DNA of 64,000 nucleotides from an uncultured Anaerolineales bacterium (GCA_903884265.1 CAISEG010000073.1:13957-77956), one strand, 5' to 3'. Positions 1-8,954 are shown, counted from the stretch's first letter. Made by a program: numbers and translations. The notes: generated by a model not told the origin, from the letters alone.

Positions 1-888
1 TTCTTCCTGAGCCAGCTTCAATGCAGCCTGTGCTGCGAGGAAGTTGCTGCCTACCAGAACATTTTGCACATTCTTGAAAATGGGATCATCCGGTCCGGGT
101 GTACCAGGAGAGGAACGAAGAGCAGCATATATGGAAGGTGGAATCTGATCTTCCAACCCGTATTTGGCAAGGATGGCAAGGGCCTCGAGCGGCATAGACG
201 GGTCGGGGGCGGTCGGACCGGAAGCTATCGCCTCAAGGGGACTGCCGACCACGTCCGAGAGGATCAAGCTGACGATGGTCGCTCCATTGCCCAGCTCTGC
301 AATGCCCCCACCCTTGACCCGGTCCAGATGGCGGCGTAGGGTATTTATTTCATCTACACTGGCTCCGCAGGCCAGCAGTGCAGAGGTGAGTGCCTGCATG
401 TCTGCCAAAGAGAGTCCTTCCAGCGGGGCAGTAACAAGGGCTGACCCCCCACCGGAAATCAGGCAGAAGAGCAGGTCCTCCGAGCCGAGGGAAGAGACCA
501 GTTCAATGGTTTTTTGCCCGGCTTTCAGGCTGAGCACGTCCGGGACAGGATGGCCGCCTGGGAGGATGGTTAATGGTATATGGGGGATGTTCGGTACATG
601 CTTGGTAATGACCAGGCTGGAAGAAAGCCATTCCCCCAGGATATCCACCATGACGTCCGACATAGCAACCGAGGCCTTGCCAATTCCCAGCAGGACCATG
701 CGATTAAATGATCTAAGGTCGTATACCCGGCCTGAGACTGAGAGAATTTCCCCGTCCAACCGGACAAAACGCCGCACCGCCGCACCTGGTTCCACGGCAG
801 CGATAGCAGCAGCCAGGATGCGGGTGATGGACGGTCCTTGCGAGGCAAGGCGAAGGCTGGAGGTCCAAAAAGACTCGGCAGAAAGCAT
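1..888 (-). CDS. glycerate 2-kinase (MOFRL/DUF4147, TtuD/GckA-like); first 296 codons, 3' end runs off the left edge
   Basis: Absent from the ORF track because there is no stop in the window. Hand translation from the ATG at 888 is open to base 1: MLSAESFWTSSLRLASQGPSITRILAAAIAAVEPGAAVRRFV...LLGIGKASVAM...GGHPVPD...FCLISGGGSALVTAPLEGLSLADMQALTSALLACGASVDEINTLRRHLDRVKGGG...LILSDVVGSPLEAIASGPTAPD. These blocks are characteristic of MOFRL-type glycerate kinases. Confidence 0.8.
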   Translation of the reverse strand, partial: MLSAESFWTSSLRLASQGPSITRILAAAIAAVEPGAAVRRFVRLDGEILSVSGRVYDLRSFNRMVLLGIGKASVAMSDVMVDILGEWLSSSLVITKHVPNIPHIPLTILPGGHPVPDVLSLKAGQKTIELVSSLGSEDLLFCLISGGGSALVTAPLEGLSLADMQALTSALLACGASVDEINTLRRHLDRVKGGGIAELGNGATIVSLILSDVVGSPLEAIASGPTAPDPSMPLEALAILAKYGLEDQIPPSIYAALRSSPGTPGPDDPIFKNVQNVLVGSNFLAAQAALKLAQEE

Positions 889-989
889 GGCTGTATGATA
901 GCATTAATTTGGAGTACAGAAGTTTACTTATGTGCCAGCGATGGCAAGCATTCAGACAGTAAACTTACAACCCCAAAGGAGTCTATTTT

Positions 990-1979
990 ATGTCCAAACC
1001 CAGAGTCTTTGTCACGCGCCGCCTCCTTGAAAGCGGTCTGAGCCTCGTACAGGAATTTTGCGAGGCCGATATCTGGTTTGGTGAAATGCCACCCAGCCGC
1101 GAAGAAATTCTAGGCAAGATCGCCGGTCAGGACGGTCTGCTATGCCTGCTGACCGACCGGATCGACGCCGAAGTAATGGAGGCTGCCGGGCCGGGGTTGA
1201 AAGTGATCAGTAACTGCGCGGTTGGCGTGGACAACGTGGATGTGTCCGCCGCCACTGCCCGCAGCATCCCGGTGGGTAATACACCCGGTGTTTTAACCGA
1301 AGCCACAGCCGATATGACATTCGCCTTGCTCATGGCTGCGGCCCGGAGGGTGGTGGAAGGCGAACGGCAGGTGCGCTCCGGCGGGTGGAAGACCTGGAGC
1401 CTGGACAATTTGCTAGGGGCGGATTTCGCTGGTGCCACACTGGGCCTGGTCGGCTTCGGGCGGATCGGGCGAGCCGTGGCACGGCGTGCAAGCGGGTTCG
1501 GGATGCGGGTCATTTATACAGATCCCAACCCTACCGCCCCGCAACCAGGTGAGGAAGCTCTTCAAGTAGATCTGGACACGCTTCTGCACGAATCAGATTT
1601 TGTCAGCCTGCACACCCCGCTAACAGATGAAACACGTGGCATGATGAATGCCGCCGCATTTGCGAAAATGAAAGCGACCGCGGTGCTGGTCAATACTTCA
1701 CGCGGCCCAGTGGTGGACCAGCCGGCGTTGTACCAGGTGCTGAAAAGCCACCAAATTTTTGCCGCTGCCCTGGATGTGACGGTCCCGGAGCCGCTCCCAA
1801 CCGACAACCCCCTGCTCACGCTCGAAAACTGCATTATCGTTCCGCACATCGCCAGCGCCAGCCGACAGACGCGCCAGAACATGTCCAGGATGGCAGCAGA
1901 GAATCTCATCGCCGGGCTGAAAGGCGAGCGCCTGCCAAACTGCGTCAATCCAGAAGTGTATGGAAGAGAACAGGGATAA
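990..1979 (+). CDS. D-isomer-specific 2-hydroxyacid dehydrogenase (glyoxylate/hydroxypyruvate reductase-like)
   Basis: 329 aa. NAD fold GLVGFGRIGRAVARR. Catalytic-region blocks LLHESDFVSLHTPLT, LVNTSRG, AALDV and IVPHIASAS. Divergent from the glycerate kinase gene. Confidence 0.85.
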   Translation: MSKPRVFVTRRLLESGLSLVQEFCEADIWFGEMPPSREEILGKIAGQDGLLCLLTDRIDAEVMEAAGPGLKVISNCAVGVDNVDVSAATARSIPVGNTPGVLTEATADMTFALLMAAARRVVEGERQVRSGGWKTWSLDNLLGADFAGATLGLVGFGRIGRAVARRASGFGMRVIYTDPNPTAPQPGEEALQVDLDTLLHESDFVSLHTPLTDETRGMMNAAAFAKMKATAVLVNTSRGPVVDQPALYQVLKSHQIFAAALDVTVPEPLPTDNPLLTLENCIIVPHIASASRQTRQNMSRMAAENLIAGLKGERLPNCVNPEVYGREQG

Positions 1980-2006
1980 GGGAAAAGTGCCTGGAAACAT
2001 GCCATC

Positions 2007-2042
2007 AAAAAGCCCCTCTTTCATTCAAAAGAGGGGCTTTTT
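2007..2042. terminator. bidirectional intrinsic terminator between convergent genes
   Basis: AAAAAGCCCCTCTT-loop-AAGAGGGGCTTTTT. GC-rich stem flanked by an A-run and a T-run, so it works in both directions. Confidence 0.8.
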
Positions 2043-2043
2043 A

Positions 2044-3027
2044 TCAAATTGTGATGGGCTTCCCCGTTTTTGCCGACTCGAATAGTGCCAGGATGACGGC
2101 GGTGTTCGCCCGGCTGTCCGACAGGCTGACCCGCGGCGGTTTATTGAGAAGGATTGCATCCGCCATGTCTTCCACTTCAGCAAGGTATGACTCCGTCCCC
2201 TTCACTGCAATCGTCTCGGTTTTACCGTCCTTTGTCAGATAGAGTTTCTCCTTCGGGCCAGGGTTGAACGGCCTGGGGATGATTAACGTTGCCTCGTCTC
2301 CGACAATTTCCATGAAAACATGATAAGGGATCTTGATGCTGCAATCAAACTGGGCAAAGACGTTCTGCGGGAAGCGCAATTGGGCAGTGAACAACTCGTC
2401 CACACCGGTCGGACCGGTGACCTGCCAGCCAAAGACTTCCAGCGGTTCCGCGCCAAGCACGAAGCGGGTATAGCTTAGCGGATAGCAGCCCACGTCCAAC
2501 AGGCCGCCGCCGCCCATCTCCGGTTTCCAGCGATAATCATCCGGGTTGGTCATCATGAAGGTGAATGAACCGCGCACCATTTTAATTTTCCCCAACCTGC
2601 CATCCGCCACAATTTCGCGGGTTTTCAAGGTCTGTGGATGCGAACGGTACATAAACGCTTCGGCAATCAATTTGCCCGAGCTCTCCGCAGCGGCAGACAT
2701 GGCGTCCACTTCTGCCAGGCTCAAGGCCAGGGGCTTCTCGCAGAGTACGTGTTTGCCCGCCTGGATTGCTTTGATGGTCCATTCAGCATGCAGATGGTTC
2801 GGCAGAGGGTTGTAGATGACATCGATTTCAGGATCCGCCAACAGGTCGACATACGAACCGTAAGCGCGTTTGACCTTATGCTTGCGGGCATATTCATCTG
2901 CATTATCCTGTGAGCGGCTGGCAACCGCTAATAATTGATTGCGTTTGGAATTGCGAAGCGGATCGAGCAGGGCTTTGGTGATCCGGGCGGTGCTGAGAAA
3001 TCCCCAGCGGAGGCAGGAAGCGGGCAT
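2044..3027 (-). CDS. Gfo/Idh/MocA family NAD(P)-dependent oxidoreductase
   Basis: Rossmann N-terminus LRWGFLSTARITKALL, and the EKP motif (VLCEKPLALSLAEVD). The ORF-track start (TTG at 3099) is probably too far upstream. The ATG at 3027 (MPASCLRWGF) has AAGGA upstream and removes the overlap with the neighbouring gene. Confidence 0.8.
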   Translation of the reverse strand: MPASCLRWGFLSTARITKALLDPLRNSKRNQLLAVASRSQDNADEYARKHKVKRAYGSYVDLLADPEIDVIYNPLPNHLHAEWTIKAIQAGKHVLCEKPLALSLAEVDAMSAAAESSGKLIAEAFMYRSHPQTLKTREIVADGRLGKIKMVRGSFTFMMTNPDDYRWKPEMGGGGLLDVGCYPLSYTRFVLGAEPLEVFGWQVTGPTGVDELFTAQLRFPQNVFAQFDCSIKIPYHVFMEIVGDEATLIIPRPFNPGPKEKLYLTKDGKTETIAVKGTESYLAEVEDMADAILLNKPPRVSLSDSRANTAVILALFESAKTGKPITI

Positions 3028-3091
3028 GGGTCTATCCTTTCGTGAACTGAGTGTAGAGCAATCCGGTCTGGGAGTCAAGTATAATGCGCCC

Positions 3092-3979
3092 ATGGCCAAG
3101 TCCCTCCGCCACTCCTCGTTTTTTCGACGCCTGCTGAGGCTCTTTGGTTGGTCGCGTTCCAGCAGTGTCCTGCTGGGGGGATTCTTCCTGATTTGCGGGC
3201 TGATCGTCTACGTCTGGTGGCCGCTCGCTGAGGAGGCGCTGGCAACCGTCAACTGGAACGGACCGTGGTGGCTGTACATGGACTGGCTCCTCTTGGGGAT
3301 CTTTGGCTTCATGACCCTGACCATCATCGCCCATGCCAACCTGGGACGGGACGCGCTGATCGTTTTTGTGGGAATGGTTGGTGGTTTGGTGATCGAATCC
3401 TGGGGCACGCAGACCAATCTATGGCATTATTACACCGCCGAGCGCCCACCGTTGTGGATCATCCCTGCCTGGCCGATCGCGAGCCTTTCGATCGACCGGA
3501 TCACGCGGGCCTTGAGATTTTTAACCACAACCCCCAAAAAACGGGGCCAGGAAGTCAGCAAGGAGCGCCAAGGGAAAAACCTGCCCTTCAATTACGACGT
3601 TGAGACTGCTGTGTTTAAATACCTCTACTGGATTATCTTCATCGGTTTCTACGCGCTGATGCTCTATTTCGTGGCCCCAACGTTTCAAAAGTCCTACACA
3701 ATCATGGCCGTGTTGCTGGTGGCACTGCTGACCCTGACACCGACCGACCATCGCTACGCTGTCTTGACTTTTATGGCCGGGACCGGATTAGGCTACTTCT
3801 TGGAGTTATGGGGCACGACGCGCCAGTGCTGGACGTATTACACCTTCCAAACTCCGCCATTCTTCGCAGTGCTGGCGCATGGCATGGCAGCGGTGGCCTT
3901 CTGGCGGGCGGGACGGATGGTCAAGTTGATCTTGGAGAGATTAAAGACCCTGATGCTTATGAGAACAAGAAGCGCCTGA
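3092..3979 (+). CDS. polytopic membrane protein with an internal duplication; family not recognised
   Basis: Multiple hydrophobic helices. The motif E-x-W-G-T-x4-W-x-Y-Y-T-x3-P-P occurs twice: IESWGTQTNLWHYYTAERPP (3395..3451) and LELWGTTRQCWTYYTFQTPP (3803..3859). Start moved to the ATG at 3092 (MAKSLRHSSFF) to avoid overlap with the antisense gene. Confidence 0.6.
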   Translation: MAKSLRHSSFFRRLLRLFGWSRSSSVLLGGFFLICGLIVYVWWPLAEEALATVNWNGPWWLYMDWLLLGIFGFMTLTIIAHANLGRDALIVFVGMVGGLVIESWGTQTNLWHYYTAERPPLWIIPAWPIASLSIDRITRALRFLTTTPKKRGQEVSKERQGKNLPFNYDVETAVFKYLYWIIFIGFYALMLYFVAPTFQKSYTIMAVLLVALLTLTPTDHRYAVLTFMAGTGLGYFLELWGTTRQCWTYYTFQTPPFFAVLAHGMAAVAFWRAGRMVKLILERLKTLMLMRTRSA

Positions 3980-3996
3980 AGGCGCTTCTTGTTCTC
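3961..3996. terminator. perfect 16-bp hairpin between convergent genes
   Basis: GAGAACAAGAAGCGCC-TGAA-GGCGCTTCTTGTTCTC. The loop contains the TGA stop of the + gene, and the stop of the minus gene lies 4 nt beyond the hairpin. Confidence 0.7.
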
Positions 3997-3999
3997 ATT

Positions 4000-6900
4000 C
4001 TAGGGATTAGGTATTTCCACCTTGAAATGCACCAGCGTCCCGTTGCCGGCATTGGTGACCCACAGACCGCCGGTGCCGTCGTAGGCAATGCCACTGGGCA
4101 GGAGCAACGTGCTGTTCGAGCAGCCATCCTGCACACGCACTGCTTGTCCGCTGGGGGAGAAGGTGATCAGGCGGCATAGTTCCGGGTCGGTGACGGTAAC
4201 GTTGCCAGTCCTGTCCCCGGCGATGAAGGGCTTGTTCTCCACAGATTGACCGTACCAGCCGTCCACCGGCCATTCGGCAATGGCGGTATACACCAGCCCG
4301 GCCGTATCAGGGGCAAAGACCTGTACGCGCTGGTTCCAGGTGTCAGTCACATAGACATTCCCGGTTGCATCCAGCGCCATCGCCACCGGTTCATCCAATT
4401 CACCGAGGGACAAACCCGGGGTACCGAACTGGGTGATGTATTTCCCGTCCGAATCAAAAACAACAATACGCTTGTTGCCGGTATCGGCCACATAGACACG
4501 GCCCTGGGCGTCCACAGCCAGGCCGCGCGGACCATAGAAGGCTTCGGGCGCATCGGAAGCCTGTCCAAAGAATCCCCACATGGTGACGAAAGTCCCTTCA
4601 GCGGTGAATTTCTCGATGCGATAGTTCCAGGTATCGGCTACGTATACACTGCCATCCGGTCCGACAGCGATGCCCCACGGTTCATTAAAGGTGCCTCCGG
4701 GAGCGGTGCCTTGCGATAGGTCCGCATGGGAACCCCAAACTTGGAGAACTGTTCCATCAGCACCCAGATGCTGGATGCGGTCATTCATCGAATCAGCCAC
4801 ATACAGGCTGCCATCCGAGGCTATAGCGATGCCGCGCGGTGACTGGAATTGCCCAGACCCTGTGCCGGCCGATCCCAATACAAGGTCCGGGGAGACCGGG
4901 GTTGTGATGGCTGCATACGGGTCAACGGGGGTCACCACCGGCTGAGCGCTGGCTCCATAAGGCCAGAGCAGGGAGGCGATATCCTTGCGGATGTAGTAAT
5001 GCATCCGGTCGGAGACGCCCCAATCGGTGATCGTATATGCCGTGCTGTTCCTTATGGCAGCCCACTGGGTGAAATCATCGTTGAGCCAGATCTGAAAGAC
5101 CGCACTGCGTACTTTTCCATCGGTGAAAAATGGCTTGATATGCGGCCAGACATACTCGAGGTAACCAAGCACATTCATTGCTGGAACGGTCTGGCCAGGG
5201 GCGGAGTACTGCGGCTGGAGAACGCTGGCACGTTCAGACTCGATCGTTCCCCATTTCAGGCTCCAGTAGTCCATGTTGGGCCACCACAGGCGCATGCCGG
5301 TGAACTCAAAGTAATCCTGCCGGACAACGGGTGTTATCTTGGCCAGGTTTTCATCCCCCACGGCAATCACCAGCGCCCGACGCGCGTCCACGGTGGGATT
5401 CACGTCGAAGTCAATCTTATTGGTGAAGCGACGCATGTACCACCAGTACGGGTAACGCACCTGGTTGTCATATGCTACAACGATATCGGTTGCAGTACCA
5501 GTAGTACGGATGGAAAGTTCCTCGATCTGGCCAAGAAGCGCCTTGGAATCCGGCGCCGCATGGGCATAGACCAGGGGCTCAGTGGCGTAATCATAGTTAA
5601 TGTAGGCGGCTCTGAAGGCATCCCTGCCAGTCTGCACGGCCAGAAGGCCGAAAAGAAGCAAAATGGCGAGGCGGGCAACATTCCGGAAGCTCCATCCAGC
5701 CACCTTGCCCCAAGGGACGGTTTCCACCAGCCACCCGACTGCCCAGGCTGTTGACAGGATCATCGGCAGGGCAATATGAATGGTCAGCCAAGGCATCTTT
5801 TCACCAGCATAAGTGAAAACGGCCAGGCTGCTCACCGACCAGAAGACCAGCAACGCTGCCACCGGCACTGGCTGAGCCGCTGCTGGACTTACGCTTGTCA
5901 ACATCACATCCGAAGGGTAAGAGTCGGTTTGAGGCCGGGTGAAGGGCCTGCCTGGCTGGCTCTGCCACAAACGCCCAAAGGTGGCAATCCCCGCCGCCGT
6001 CACCGTCCCGAGGGCCGATAGGAACTCGTACATCGGGACCATGAGCAGTACATAATAGTACAGGGGTTGGCCACCGCGGGCCACATCCTGCTGTTCCGTC
6101 CAATAACTGAGCGCCCCCACCAGTCCGCCGATAAGACCTTCGGGATTGGTGAAGAAGGTGCTGTAAAGCAAAATGAAGGGTACAAAGAATACCACGGCAT
6201 GGAACAGCCACTTGCGTCCGAACCACCAGAGTCCCAGGGCAATGGCGATAACAGCCAGCACCGTCGTCACCCCCGCCACTCGCAGCATGCCCGTCGCGGT
6301 GTAATCCAGGGCGGTGTAGCCCATCAATGAGATCGGGATGGCACTCAACAATGGCAGGACGAATGTGCCGAGAAGGATCAGCAAGTCGACTTCCCGTTCA
6401 GATTTAATGCCGGCCCAACCGAGACCTCGCACCAGTTCCACCCCCGACCAGACGAGAGAACCCGCTCCGCCCGCCGCCAGGATGCACACAACGATGATCA
6501 TTGTACGAACCGTCCCGGTGGCAGCTTCCGCCGCCGGTTTATGGGTAAGGTAGAACCCCGCTGCGCCAGCCAGGAACACCACGGTGAGCGACAAGCCAAG
6601 CAGGAAAGAGATCCTTCTCCGCGGCGACTTCCACGCGCGGCGCGAGACCCGGTCCACGAAATAAGCCGCCAGGAAGAGGAACTCCTCGGCAGCGAACATA
6701 TACGAGGTGGCCTTGTCAGTGAAGTGCAACGCGTTGACGGCAGTGAAAAGGAACAAAGCCCAGGTCTCACCGCGTTCAAGATATCGCAGGATGGCATATA
6801 TGGTCAGAATGCCCCACAGGACGATGTAAGACTCGTTCCGGGCGTAGCGTGCATAAAAGAGCATCAGTGGAGAAATGATGATCAGCCCACCCGCAACCAA

Positions 6901-7275
6901 CGCCCCGGTGCGGCCAAGGTAGCGCCGAAAGGCGAAGACAGCCACCAACATGGCGGCGATGCTGAGGACAGCCGCCGGGATGCGGGTGGTGAAATCGTTA
7001 TCGCCGAAGAGCGCATAGGAAAGGGCAATCATGTGGTACTGGAGCGGCCCGTGACTCATCGGGTCATACTTGTAGCCGTTACCAGAATACAGGCTGAAGG
7101 ATGGCACGACATGGTTGATCTCGTCGTGGCTCATGGCACGCGCCCCCAGATCATAAAAGCGTGAGAGGATTGCAGCTGCCAGCAACAGGACCACCAGCAA
7201 TGTTTCCACGTTCAAAGGGAACCAGCGCTTGAGTGGCGTATCGAGTATGGATGATTTTTCAGGAGCGGGTATCAT
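4000..7275 (-). CDS. GT-C-fold (PMT/ArnT-like) membrane glycosyltransferase fused to a C-terminal NHL-repeat beta-propeller
   Basis: 1091 aa. The N-terminal ~560 aa are polytopic with a first-loop DE motif (MSHDEINH) and the GDNDFTTRIPAAVLSIAAML block typical of GT39/GT83-type enzymes. The C-terminal ~290 aa carry repeated NHL blades (PRGIAIASDGSLYVADSMNDRIQHL, PWGIAVGPDGSVYVADTWNYRIEKF, PRGLAVDAQGRVYVADTGNKRIVVF, PVAMALDATGNVYVTDTWNQRVQVF). Confidence 0.75.
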   Translation of the reverse strand: MIPAPEKSSILDTPLKRWFPLNVETLLVVLLLAAAILSRFYDLGARAMSHDEINHVVPSFSLYSGNGYKYDPMSHGPLQYHMIALSYALFGDNDFTTRIPAAVLSIAAMLVAVFAFRRYLGRTGALVAGGLIIISPLMLFYARYARNESYIVLWGILTIYAILRYLERGETWALFLFTAVNALHFTDKATSYMFAAEEFLFLAAYFVDRVSRRAWKSPRRRISFLLGLSLTVVFLAGAAGFYLTHKPAAEAATGTVRTMIIVVCILAAGGAGSLVWSGVELVRGLGWAGIKSEREVDLLILLGTFVLPLLSAIPISLMGYTALDYTATGMLRVAGVTTVLAVIAIALGLWWFGRKWLFHAVVFFVPFILLYSTFFTNPEGLIGGLVGALSYWTEQQDVARGGQPLYYYVLLMVPMYEFLSALGTVTAAGIATFGRLWQSQPGRPFTRPQTDSYPSDVMLTSVSPAAAQPVPVAALLVFWSVSSLAVFTYAGEKMPWLTIHIALPMILSTAWAVGWLVETVPWGKVAGWSFRNVARLAILLLFGLLAVQTGRDAFRAAYINYDYATEPLVYAHAAPDSKALLGQIEELSIRTTGTATDIVVAYDNQVRYPYWWYMRRFTNKIDFDVNPTVDARRALVIAVGDENLAKITPVVRQDYFEFTGMRLWWPNMDYWSLKWGTIESERASVLQPQYSAPGQTVPAMNVLGYLEYVWPHIKPFFTDGKVRSAVFQIWLNDDFTQWAAIRNSTAYTITDWGVSDRMHYYIRKDIASLLWPYGASAQPVVTPVDPYAAITTPVSPDLVLGSAGTGSGQFQSPRGIAIASDGSLYVADSMNDRIQHLGADGTVLQVWGSHADLSQGTAPGGTFNEPWGIAVGPDGSVYVADTWNYRIEKFTAEGTFVTMWGFFGQASDAPEAFYGPRGLAVDAQGRVYVADTGNKRIVVFDSDGKYITQFGTPGLSLGELDEPVAMALDATGNVYVTDTWNQRVQVFAPDTAGLVYTAIAEWPVDGWYGQSVENKPFIAGDRTGNVTVTDPELCRLITFSPSGQAVRVQDGCSNSTLLLPSGIAYDGTGGLWVTNAGNGTLVHFKVEIPNP

Positions 7276-7424
7276 TCCGGCTATTGTACCAAAAATGGAG
7301 GATTTAGATTTCGGGATTCTTTATATTCAATAGGTCATTCAATATTGGATATTCAGGATTCGGACTTTGTTCCGACGCGTATTTCCGCGTCCTGTTTTCG
7401 GAATATAAAGCGGAGAATCTCTGG

Positions 7425-8348
7425 CTACGAATTCCAGCGCGCATACACCGCCTGCGAGAGCAATCTCCCAGCGCTTTTTTCCTTTGTCACCAGCTCGCCG
7501 CATTCCAGATCCCCCCCACAGCCTTTGACCATTTCAGCCAGCGCAGAATAGGCATGGATGGCCGGTAACTTAACTGCATACACTGTCAGCACAACGAAGA
7601 GAGGCCGGTCGCTCAGTACAGCCCGGCAGGTCCCCAGCAAATCCGGCAAAGACTTGTAGACCTCCCACACTTCCCCCTTCGGCCCGCGGCCAAATTTGGG
7701 CGGGTCGAGTAAGATGCCGTCGTATTTAACGCCTCGCCGCGCCTCGCGCTCGACAAATTTCATCGCATCATCCACGATCCAGCGGATAGGTTTATCATCC
7801 AGGCCCGAACGAGCCTGGTTGAGGCGCGCCCAACTGACAGACTTTTTTGAAGCGTCTACATGTGTGACCTTTGCCCCGGCTGCGGCACAGGCCAGCGACG
7901 CCAGGCCGGTGTAGCCAAACAAGTTGAGCACATTGGCGGGGGGTTTTTTCACAGCAGAATTAATTAACCCCGCCATCCAATCCCAATGTGCGGCTCCCTC
8001 CGGGAAGACACCCAGGTGCCTCCCGGGGGTGGTCATTACCGAGAAGCGCAAGGCCTTCAACCCCGTTTCCTTTCCGGAAACGGGGTTGAAGGAGTATCCC
8101 ATTTCCCATTGCTCTGGGACCTTTTTCTTAAAAGCCCAGTGTCCTCCGCTTTCCTCCGCGCTTGGTAGGAAGACAGCATCCGCTGCCTGCCACTTTTCGA
8201 CGGGCAAGGCTTTCGACCACAATGCCTGCACTTCCGGCCGGACGAAGGAGTAAGGGCCGAAGCGTTCCAGTTTCTGCCCGTTGCCAGAATCAAGCAGTTC
8301 GTAGTCTTGCCATTGGGGAGAGGAAAGTAGATGGATCTCAGTAACCAT
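7425..8348 (-). CDS. class I SAM-dependent (rRNA) methyltransferase, RlmI-like catalytic domain without PUA
   Basis: YELLDSGNGQKLERFG N-terminus, SAM motif VLNLFGYTGLASLACAAAGAKVTHVD, and ILLDPPKFG. The true start is taken as the ATG at 8348 (MVTEIHLL). The ORF-track start at 8594 would run antisense through mraZ and its promoter. Confidence 0.75.
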   Translation of the reverse strand: MVTEIHLLSSPQWQDYELLDSGNGQKLERFGPYSFVRPEVQALWSKALPVEKWQAADAVFLPSAEESGGHWAFKKKVPEQWEMGYSFNPVSGKETGLKALRFSVMTTPGRHLGVFPEGAAHWDWMAGLINSAVKKPPANVLNLFGYTGLASLACAAAGAKVTHVDASKKSVSWARLNQARSGLDDKPIRWIVDDAMKFVEREARRGVKYDGILLDPPKFGRGPKGEVWEVYKSLPDLLGTCRAVLSDRPLFVVLTVYAVKLPAIHAYSALAEMVKGCGGDLECGELVTKEKSAGRLLSQAVYARWNS

Positions 8349-8404
8349 AGAAACAATGCAATGAAATGACCAGGAAATACACCCTTTCAAAAACGTAAGA
8401 CCAC

Positions 8405-8434
8405 TTGTAATTGATACCTGTTCTGTGCTAAAAT
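8405..8434 (+). promoter_or_regulatory. candidate sigma-70 promoter of the dcw cluster (Pmra-like)
   Basis: TTGTAA (8405..8410), 18-nt spacer, then an extended -10 TGcTAAAAT (8426..8434). Confidence 0.5.
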
Positions 8435-8444
8435 GAGCCTGTCC

Positions 8445-8470
8445 GTGGGAGTAAGTGGGACGAAGTGGGA
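8445..8470 (+). promoter_or_regulatory. MraZ operator: three direct GTGGGA repeats with 10-bp periodicity
   Basis: GTGGGA at 8445..8450, 8455..8460 and 8465..8470, each separated by 4 nt. The site lies just downstream of the -10 element and 46 nt upstream of the mraZ ATG. It matches the TGGGN-N5 x3 operator architecture known for MraZ. Confidence 0.75.
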
Positions 8471-8515
8471 TGCCGGGTTTTCCGGCATTCTGGTTAAATA
8501 AAGGAATTAGAACTA

Positions 8516-8953
8516 ATGTTCCTAAACCAGTATCAGCACTCCTTCGATGATAAAGGCCGATTGACAATCCCGTCAAAACTTCGGGAGCTGCCAACCGAAG
8601 GTGCTTTTGTCGTCCAGGGGCTGGACCGCAACTTGATGGTACTGCCTCCTGCGGTTTTCGAGATCATATACAACCGCTTGATGGCGATGAGTATGACAGA
8701 CCCTAGCGCCCGTCTTCTGCGTCATATCATTCTCGGCAATGCTTTACAGGTTGTCCCGGATGGCGCCGGACGAATTCTAATCTCGCCGAACTTACGCGAG
8801 TTCGCCGGCTTACACAATGAGGTGGTCTTCGTGGGCCAGGGTGACTATTTTGAAATCTGGTCGCCTAAACTGTGGCAGGAACAGCAAGTGCAAATCAACG
8901 ATGCTGCAACCAATGCCCAACGTTTCGCCACGCTCGATCTCACCACCCGCTGA
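8516..8953 (+). CDS. mraZ: transcriptional regulator MraZ
   Basis: 145 aa. Two SpoVT/AbrB-like halves, each with a DxxGR motif (DDKGRLTIPSKLR and DGAGRILISPNLRE). First gene of the dcw cluster. Confidence 0.95.
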   Translation: MFLNQYQHSFDDKGRLTIPSKLRELPTEGAFVVQGLDRNLMVLPPAVFEIIYNRLMAMSMTDPSARLLRHIILGNALQVVPDGAGRILISPNLREFAGLHNEVVFVGQGDYFEIWSPKLWQEQQVQINDAATNAQRFATLDLTTR

Positions 8954-8954
8954 G

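Noticed and set aside
164-898. 244-aa + strand ORF (MARMARASSG...)
   Set aside because: It lies antisense to a clearly recognisable MOFRL glycerate kinase. It has the Ala/Arg/Ser/Pro-rich composition typical of shadow frames in GC-rich DNA, and no motif or SD.
4849-5754. 301-aa + strand ORF inside the GT-C/NHL gene
   Set aside because: It is an antisense shadow frame with no support.
7380-7412. Hairpin GACGCG-TATTTC-CGCGTC followed by CTGTTTT on the + strand
   Set aside because: It would act as a + strand terminator, but no + strand gene precedes it. On the minus strand it lacks a T-run. Its function is unclear, so it is not called.
8349-8594. N-terminal 82-aa extension of the methyltransferase ORF, and similar long extensions at 2939, 8817, 14533, 17029, 18050, 35897, 36391, 43446, 49443 and 60979
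   Set aside because: The extensions overlap neighbouring genes or promoters and lack conservation-type sequence. Internal ATG/GTG codons with SD sequences coincide with the conserved family N-termini.
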